From the NCBI GenBank assembly GCA_032718475.1, contig JAUCBJ010006404.1:5558-69557 (forward strand): 64,000 nucleotides of DNA, written 5' to 3'. Positions 51,361 through 64,000 of the stretch are shown one piece after another (positions within the stretch are counted from its first letter, which is position 1; every line of letters begins with the position of its first letter). The translations under genes were made by a program, and so were the position numbers. Under the pieces are notes generated by a model, which worked only from the letters and a program-made list of their open reading frames with translations, was not told the origin of the DNA and searched no databases. This DNA is from Nemertoderma westbladi (lineage: Eukaryota > Animalia > Xenacoelomorpha).

Positions 51361-54300
51361 CAGGGCTGGCAAAGTAGGTTTTTGTAAACCTAGGCTTTTG
51401 TAGGTTTTTGTCAAAAACCTAAAATTTGAAAAAAGCCTAAAACTAGGTTTTTAGGTTTTTGATTTTTCATCTTTAATTTGCCTTTTAATTTCATTTGTAC
51501 ACTCAAAACAACTGAACAAGTCAACTTGCATTGTCAGCTGATGAGTTTCAGTCCAGTCTGCCAGTCCAGTTGTCTTGTCACTACTGACAAGCTGACTGAT
51601 GCAAGTTAGCTGATGCAAGTTAGCAGTCAGACTGTCAGATGGTCCGGTACCGGCTGACCGGTAACTCAACTACCTGACTACACAGACCTACATCCTGCAG
51701 TCCTGACATATGTAGTATGTACCATGTACGTTGCTCCTGATAACTGTACACGTACACATTGCAGCAGTAGTCTAGGATCCAGGTGGCTGGGTCAGCGTCA
51801 GTCAGTCAGTGGGTGGTCTCTGCAGCTCCGGCTCTGGTCAGCTGGTGGTTGGTGGTGTGGTCACAGGCAGTCAGGTGGTTATCGGGTTATGGTTTGCGTT
51901 ATGCTTTTATGGCAGTATGGGACTGCAGGACTGTGGGATGGGGTGGCATTCTGCATTCGCTGAATCGCGTGCCTACATTCTGCATGCATTGATTGATGCT
52001 AATGATACTAATAGACTACTGAACTAATACACTAATACTGTAATAGTGTAATAAATAGTTGCACCTACCAGTCGGTGAGAAGTCAAAAATTGGACTTGAG
52101 TCCAAAATTGGACTTCGACTCCAGTTCAAGTCCAAAATTGGACTTCAAATCAGCCAATTGTTCCAGGGCCTTGGGTAATAGGATCGGGCGGGATTTTTTT
52201 TCTTTAATCGAAAATATATCAAAAAATAAGAGTTTTGAACAGGGGGACCTGAAATTCACCAGGGGGAACTTTTTTTATAAGGCTTTGAATTTTTACAAAA
52301 GTCCAATATTGGACTTTAAGTCCAATTTTGGACGTGACATTGAGAATCGAACTTAAAGGTACATGAAGCATGACAGATGAGAGACAGCCAGACAGCTGTT
52401 AAGTTATGGAAAGTTACCTTTGCAGCTCTGTATGTATCTTCAGTGTACTGACTGTACTGTACTTAGAATATAATGGTACATTCTAGCATTCTAGGTACTT
52501 TGTACTTTACTTTTAGCATATTGTTTAGTTCACAATTTACATTCATGTTATGTCTAACCTTACAGCCTTATGTACCCAGGACTTTATAGTGTCTTTAGGA
52601 CTAGATTAGATTATGCTCCAACAAATATTTAATTACAAATTATATTTCGTGGATACTGGTAGCAATGCCAGGTTAGCCAACTGCAGCTGCTGCTAAGGCT
52701 AACTACAGTACAAGCTACGATTTCGTCTAAGGCTATGGGAGCCCTATCAGAAAGAAATACTACAAGTTGATGCTACCACCATCTCTTCTAATTTTTCCAT
52801 ACAACAGGAAGGGTGTTATAAAACAGCTGGATAACAGGATAATGAAATGGGATTAGTAACTGATTAACGCGTTGGGGTCTCCACATAATAAGTACAGAAG
52901 TAACAAGTAACACACGTCATAATCATAATCATAAACCAATTGAGGGAAAGGAACAGGTTACAGAGGCAGGCTTTTCTAACTAAAACAATAAACGGCCACT
53001 TTTGACTTTACCAATTGAAGGAGCCCTATAACCTCACCACATACTACTACTACAATCGGCATGATTCATTGCAGCTGCATTATATATAAGCAGTATAGGC
53101 CCTATTATGTATTAAGAATGCTGTGCCGGCTTGTTGACAAAAGTGCGCCTCCACAACTCCCTTACACTCTTACAGCCTTACAGCCTTATCACCCATGACA
53201 TTTGCTAGATCATCCGCATCTTCAAGGCCAGTGTCCTTTAAGACAGATGCGTCTCAAGAAAGTCATGGGCTGTCCACCATGCTTATTCACTCCATGAGGT
53301 GCACTGGCTGGTCCTCACGGCTTAAAGCGATGTCCTGCAAAGTGGAGGCGGCTTTGTTTTAGTGTCAAGCTTGGGGGAACCAATGACTGAATGAGACAGA
53401 CACCTCCAACTCCAAAGTTATATAGTGTCTGGTTGGAGATGCAAAGATGTGTGCATTGTACTTGACACAGTGAACCTAATCAAAACAATTAGTCAATAAA
53501 CATTAACTCAATAACATAATAGGTTACAGTTTACAGTAGTCTTATTTTTGCCATACGAAAATACCACAGGTATGGCAGTATGGGTATGAATGAACTATAC
53601 AACTATAACTCAACTACGCTACCGCAGTATACACAGCTAAGGCAGTAAGGCTACCGCAAAGCTATACCACTACCGCAAAAAGTAACTATTAATGTCTGAC
53701 TGTACGTGTGCGATCCCTGTTTATAATGCATATAATAATTAATTTGATCATTAAAATAATGTTGCATTGTAATTATGTAATATATATGTACTGATACGGG
53801 ATGCAGTTTTGATTTAAATACCGATATACAGTATGGCAGCATGGGTACACTTGGAGTTGTACTAAAGTCCAATATTGGACTTTGGAGTCTAAAATTTGAC
53901 TTGAAGTCTAAAATTGGACTTTGGAGTCTAAAATTTGACTTGAAGTCTAAAATTGGACTTGCAGTCCAATTTTTGACTTCTCACCGACTGCCTACTGTCT
54001 GAATTTAAGACTGTACTGCTGTAAGCCTACTTTCAGACTTTGTACAGGTTTATATAATTGTAACTAATATGACAATGAAACCTGACGGACTCATTCTTTC
54101 AAACAATTTTGTATCATAGTCTGATAGTGTACCGGTATGGTATAGCTATAAAATATAATCTTGACCAGTTGACCAAATGTGGCCCCATATAATTTATCTA
54201 ATCATTTACCAACCAGGCAGCCAGGTCAATCTAATCAATCAATATACAAATACAGAAATACTACAAAAACCTAGCGAAATACTACAAAAACCTAGCGAAA

Positions 54301-54403
54301 ACCTTCAAAAACCGGCAAAAACCTTCCAAAAACCTACAAAAACCTTGCAAAAACCTAAAACCTAAAAATTTTTCTGAAAAACCTATGGTTTTTGCCAGCC
54401 CTG
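51361..54403. mobile_element. Non-autonomous hAT element in U2AF2 intron 1
   Basis: TIR CAGGGCTGGCAAA / TTTGCCAGCCCTG; 8-bp TSD ACAGCACT at 51353-51360 and 54404-54411; AAAACCT subterminal repeats. Confidence 0.92.
52069..53990. mobile_element. Nested non-autonomous TIR element with 5-bp TSD
   Basis: CCTAC|CAGTCGGTGAGAAGTCAAAAATTGGACT ... AGTCCAATTTTTGACTTCTCACCGACTG|CCTAC. Confidence 0.85.
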
Positions 54404-55471
54404 ACAGCACTACCGGTACACTACTACTAACTGACTAAAGCACACAGCACTAACTGACTAAGTGCTAAGGTGTAAGGTCAGAAGGTGGTATCAAATCAAT
54501 ACCGCCAACCGGTATAAGCCTATTATTTATTTCAGCAAGCCTATACCCTATAGGCCTAGGTGATAGGCCTAGATTTTATGGATCATTTTACCGTATTGCA
54601 GTAGGCCTATTGCATATTGTGTGCATTTTAATTCAAATCTTAAATAAAGGCTGTGCCAGTCAGCCAGTGTGCGGGCCATTGAGCCGCTGCAATAGTACAA
54701 GTAGTTAGCTCACCAAATTCCGTACAAAATCTTACATACATATTGGACTAGTACTCCAACATCTGAACATAGATTATTTATTTCCATAATTTATCCGTTT
54801 TTCTATACATTCTGTACATTAAGTTAATTCCGGACATGTAATGATAATGATGGGCTATCGGTAACTTTGGTGCAGTCTCCTATTTTGAAGTAAGCCTAAT
54901 ACTACTGAACTATTACTGTATTACATTCCGCAGTATTCAGTATTGTAGCTGTATATTAACATATTTCTGTATCTACAGTACCGGCACTGTACAGTCAGAC
55001 AGTACTGCATCTGCAGTAGTCCTATCCTTTTTATGTCTTAATAGGAAACATAGGAATTGTCCATAATTTGGACACCCTGTCCGGAATTTGGTGAGTTAAC
55101 CCTGCTACAGTAATATATTGATATTCTGAGAAATTTTTGACTTTTGAAATTTTGTATATAGGCCTATACCCTAGGAGCAGATAGAGAGGCCTTTTTGTAT
55201 TTCAGTAGACAGTAGAGTGCATTGGATTGGTGTGTATATAAACGCTACGCAGACACCTGAGACCTGACAGCCTGTCAGCCGTTTATTCATTTTTAAATTA
55301 CGGGTAGCGTAGGTGCGAGGAGCGGTTACACTTACCTTACAGTGGTAGCCAATTCTCCAAATCAATTGTGGTCAAGATGATAACTTCAGTACCGGTACAG
55401 TGTTTCATTTTTCTTAATAACGGTTTTCAGCTCCAGCTGTGGTGTGGTTGTCGGAGTCGCAGGATATATAG

Positions 55472-58665
<3,194 letters not shown>

Positions 58666-58842
58666 GTGCTCAGTTCACTCTCCTTTCCCAATCCGAGTAA
58701 TGGGAGCCACAGGAATACTATGAAGTGGAAAACATATACCGGTAATCGTACTGTACTGGTGGACACGACCCCCCCCCCCCCCCCCACCCCATCTCTTAAT
58801 CTCGTAACCTCGAGCGATATAAACTTAATTTTTCATTTACAG

Positions 58843-59101
58843 GTCAGATACCCGCTACTATTAACGGAGTCACACCGTCTGTCCTCCCCGGGGCTCTCCC
58901 AGCTGTCGCATTGACCCTTCAGCAGACACGTGAGTCCCGTAGACTATACTGCGGCGGGGTCCCCTTCGGTGCCACTGACGACAACATGGCGGAATTCTTT
59001 AATAATCAAATGCTTGTCTCGGGATTGGCTGTCTCCCCTGGCAACCCTGTACAAAACGTCCAATCAAATCCTGATAAAAGTTTTGCCTTCATCGAGTTTC
59101 G
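58843..59101 (+). CDS. U2AF2: U2AF65 coding exon 3 (linker + first half of RRM1)
   Basis: TTTACAG|GT CAG ATA...QIPA...TRESRRLYCGGVPFG...FFNNQM...GNPV...DKSFAFIEFR|GTAAGT; phases are consistent. Confidence 0.96.
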
Positions 59102-60729
59102 GTAAGTTTTATATTTTAATTAATAATCAAACCAAACCAAATATAAACCAATGTGTTGTATTGCGATCAATGCGAGACAGATTGCAAGGCCAATAAGCCA
59201 TGGAGGCGGATTTCTGGTATTTCAGTATTTCATATTACTAATTTTATAATCTTTCAAAGTTACTTTCGGAAATAGTGATGTGGTTGGCTGGGTGTGATTG
59301 TTCCTAAATATATTACAAAATATGTCTCTACAATTTTTGTAATGTAAGGTAACCGGGCGCAAAATAAAGCTCCCACGTGTTTTATATATATTTGATTATT
59401 CACATACCAAATACAGATAGGGGGTGGGGGGGGGGGGGGGCTTTTGACGCAATAAAAATTCATCCCTCTCCAGGGGAAATTCGATGCAAATAACAGATGA
59501 TTACTCTCAAAAAATACAACTACTGTAACCTGTTCTATTGTGTTTAGTTTATTGTTTTGGTTAGAATATCGTGCCACTGTAACCTGTCTCACCAATCAGA
59601 CCGCTGTCGTCTTGAATTACGTCGGGAATTTGCACAACAATATATATATTCTAGAAACACACTATTTAAATGAATCCTAGGGTGTATTGCGGAAAATACA
59701 GAATAACCGTAAATCCGGTGAACTAAGTATCACCTTTACTGTAATAAATAATATATTATTCAAATTATGGTGCTAATTTATTAAATAACAATAAATTAGA
59801 AATTTAATTAATCGATTGGTCTTCTAAAGTCAACAATAATGTTATATATAACCCTTAAACTGGTGAAAACTCATGAGTTTTGGGAGGGCCAATTCCACTT
59901 GGTGGGAATTTTTCTAATGGTAGTATCTGACTTGGTGAGAACTCATATTTGAGTTATCTCTAGTCTATTCCCTCTTGGTGGACCTTTTTTAAGAAGAATT
60001 AGTTGACTTGGTGAAAACTCAATGAGTTTATGAGCCATCGCCTGGACTTGGTAGAGATTATATTTTTTTGCTATTCCTCCTTGTTGAGTTTTTCTTATAT
60101 TTATAAAACTCAAAAAAATGTATGTACATTAAAGAATTGAATGCGGAATTACGCCAGTTTGGAATTCATTAAAAGAATGGCTTGAAAATTATTCGTAACA
60201 TTCTATGAATGTAAAAATCTAAGTGTTGAATTTTTTTTATCGAATAAGACTAATTATTTTAAAAAATGCTGCGAATTAGTAAATTAGCGATAGATTGCGT
60301 GATTTTCAACTTCAGAGGCCGTTATATGGGGTATCATCTGAAGGAGGAGTAAATGACCTTCAACCTGGTGCATACAGTTTGTTTCTGTGACTTATAACAA
60401 TGAAACGGCCATTAGTTGAAATTAGACAATTTTCCCAAGATTTACTACCGTGTTGTTTAGCCTGGTACTGATCGTCTGAAGCCGATTCAACTACTGTTGT
60501 AAAGCTCATCAACATCCCAATGACAGAAAAACCAATGCTACATTCCTGGGAGTCAGAACGGTTTTACTGTAACTATTATACGAGTTTTCCAATCCAAAAT
60601 AGATTGAAGGAATAGTTCCCACCAAGTACAACTTACTCTCATTAAACTCACTTGAGTTTACACCAAGTCAGAATAGATTTTATCAATAATTCCCACCAAG
60701 TAAAACTAACAATCGCAGAACTCGTATTT

Positions 60730-61956
60730 GGGCAATTTCACGAAAAGGTCACCCCCGCCATTACCAACGTTTGAAATGATTCAACTCTACATATGATGGG
60801 TGTTAAAGTAATCCAGATACCCCAAACTGACTCCAATAGATTTATGTAACTTCAAAAAAGTATGACTGAATATGAAGTAAGAATATACAATAAATCATGT
60901 AGAAAATCCATTCAAATATTTTTGTAATTATCTACACCTCATGGGGAGAAGGAAAAAATATAATAACCAATTACTGACAGAAAAACTAATGGAGATACAG
61001 TGAAGAAACTTTGGTGACTTCAAATATAGGGTATCATGTTCTACTATGTGGTTGTATGTAATAGAGTAGACCAAGTCAAAAATTATGTCCGTTACTGAAA
61101 AAGGAAAGATTTTGAAAATATTAGAGGAAGGGGTGATGTATTCGACTCATTGCTTTCAGTGCAAAGCAGACTTATTGTCTATACTTATTGACTAGTAACT
61201 TGAGAACACTGCAAACAGCGCTAAGCCTTGTAAATTCTCCAATTATGTTGGTTGCTGGTTTGTTTTTGGCTATTAACAGCCTAACATGAAGGATCGGCTA
61301 CTTATATTGTGTTACTGAGAGTAAGGCTGCCTTTATTGCCTTTATGCCAAAATTTAGCTCTTCTGCACCTCTGGACTTCTTTTTATCCCAAATACTATAT
61401 TAAAAAATATTCAATTATTCAGTGTGACTTAAGTAATCTATTTGCACACTTGTTTAGTTGAAAACATCAATTTACACTTAATTGAAAGTAACAGCATGTA
61501 ACATAACATGTAACATAGTTGTAGCATAGTAGCATAGTAGCATAACATGTAGCATAGTTACATCCGTTACAGGAGATAGTTACGTCCGTTACGAAAATCA
61601 ATTGCAAACTGTATGAAAGTTTTCAGTAGCCCTAAATTGTTTTATTAATATGTTCGGCTTCTATTCTGCAATCATTACTAAGAAGGGTTTGTCAGAACAA
61701 TGCTTCAATTCTCACGAACATTTATGAGAACATGGCTACCTCAGAAATTCCATTTTGTGCGATTACGTCCGTTACAGGTGTATTAGCTTGCCCTATAAGA
61801 ACATGCAATTATTTAATAATAATCTGGGGTATTTACATTATAGTACCAGTGGTCCAGCAATACCACTCAAAATATTTATAAAAAATACTCAGTTCTGTTC
61901 GCAGTGGAGGCCTTTAAATTCTGTGATAGTTACGTCCGTTGCCGTGGAATTGCCCC
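60730..61956. mobile_element. Harbinger-like non-autonomous insert nested in an older repeat (~59860-61985) in U2AF2 intron 3
   Basis: TIR GGGCAATT(T/C)CACG with TTT on both sides; removing it restores AACTCGTATTTGAGTTTTCACCAAG, a motif repeated in the host element. Confidence 0.55.
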
Positions 61957-62744
61957 TTTTGAGTTTTCACCAAGTGGAGATGACGTTTTAGAAAAATTCT
62001 CACTATATATAGTTTATGGGTTAAAAACCAAATAAGCGACGATATCTTTGCTGTTTTTTTTACTTGCGGTACTATAGGATGTATCTCACGATATTATTTA
62101 CGTATAATACCGTACTCTGACTGACATTATCACCCCCTCCTCCCCCTACCCCCAATGCTCAGGATTTGGAAGTTTTACCGCGGCATCCAGGCTGTTGTAA
62201 TTTCGTAATTTCCATGGAGACCAACGCGTAAGTCATGTGTGTCGATAACACATTGATACACATTCTACTACATACCGGTACAGTGTAACTATGATATTAT
62301 ACTTAATAAATAACTAACCAAACAATGATATTTATTTATTTATTTTATTTATTTAAAAGTTTTAGCACTAAGTTTAAAATTCGCGAGCATGGTTTGCTCG
62401 GAGAGCTCACCTAAAAAATATGAATAATTTAAAATAATATAATAAAGAAAGAAGAAAAACAAATCCCCCCTTTAAATCTTAAAAATATTTAATATTAATT
62501 TATTTATATTAAAATTTTAATGGTCGCCGTTCTTCCAGCTGGGGATCACATCAATCAGTGAGTTTGACTGGTACAATGATTGGGCTGTATAACCGCTACA
62601 TCTAGGTTGATCGGGACCCAACACGAGATAATTGTCTAGTTTCTTCTTGAATGTCTCAATAGCGCAATGATAACCAGCCTATAAATTACCAAGCCAAATT
62701 CCTTTATGAATATTTATTAATATTTATTTCATAATTTATTGTTA

Positions 62745-63100
62745 TATTATGGTTTTGTTCAGAAATGGAAAAAATGAGAAAGCGCGGTACCTGGGGTTGA
62801 ACCAGCGTTATTCTTGCGTTTCAGGTTTCAGCCTATCAGGCCTCATCAGTAGCGCTAACCAGTTCAGCCACTTGCCCCTGACACTCACACTCCCACCTAA
62901 TCCACTTATTGAACAGGCAGTCTTAAGTTGCATATCCTGAACTGATTAGCGCTACTGATGAGGCCTGATAGGCTGAAACGTACATATAGCGCTGGTTCAA
63001 CCCCCGGTGACGTGCTTTCTCATTTTTTCCATTTCTGAACAAAACCATAATATTACATCTTTAATTACAGTTCCATTAACAGCTCAACTCCAATTCATTT
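62745..63100. mobile_element. Penelope-like inverted repeat with hammerhead motifs
   Basis: Arms ~62745-62867 and ~62937-63052 are inverted; same family as 22844-22909 and 38448-38462/45140-45218. Confidence 0.7.
62946..62995 (+). ncRNA. Minimal type I hammerhead ribozyme-like motif
   Basis: Stem I TTAGCGCTA/TAGCGCTGG; core CTGATGA (62955-62961); stem II GGCCT-GAT-AGGCT; GAAA (62975-62978); short stem III C-GTAC-A; UA site at 62985-62986. Confidence 0.65.
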
Positions 63101-63157
63101 ATTAATTTATTGTCAAATTACATAACGAATTAGAGTTAAAGTCTATGTTTTCCATAG

Positions 63158-64000
<843 letters not shown>

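Overview
This is AT-rich, repeat-dense animal genomic DNA, most likely from an invertebrate (lineage not determinable from this window). It is not prokaryotic and has no CRISPR array. The only clearly intact host gene is the 5' half of U2AF2 (U2AF65, splicing factor large subunit). It has four + strand coding exons at 50756-50865, 55495-55610, 58843-59101 and 63223-63503 and continues past the window end. The rest is tandem arrays (35, 35, 28, 6, 68, ~22, ~20 and 39 bp units) and nested transposons: an RTE-X-like LINE, an RTE remnant, tRNA-derived SINEs, a P-element with three nested inserts, hAT, Tc1/mariner, Harbinger and MULE MITEs, LTR remnants, and Penelope-type repeats with hammerhead-ribozyme motifs. 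Four observations stand out. (1) U2AF2 intron 2 is almost entirely a ~78-copy amplification of its own exon 2/intron 2 splice junction plus a pyrimidine tract and AG. (2) A sense-strand hammerhead-like motif lies in U2AF2 intron 3. (3) A decayed, apparently spliced gene with three CCHC knuckles lies head-to-head with U2AF2. (4) A fully resolvable multi-layer transposon nest sits on a target site that was hit twice. All family assignments come from motif recognition by eye, not database searches.
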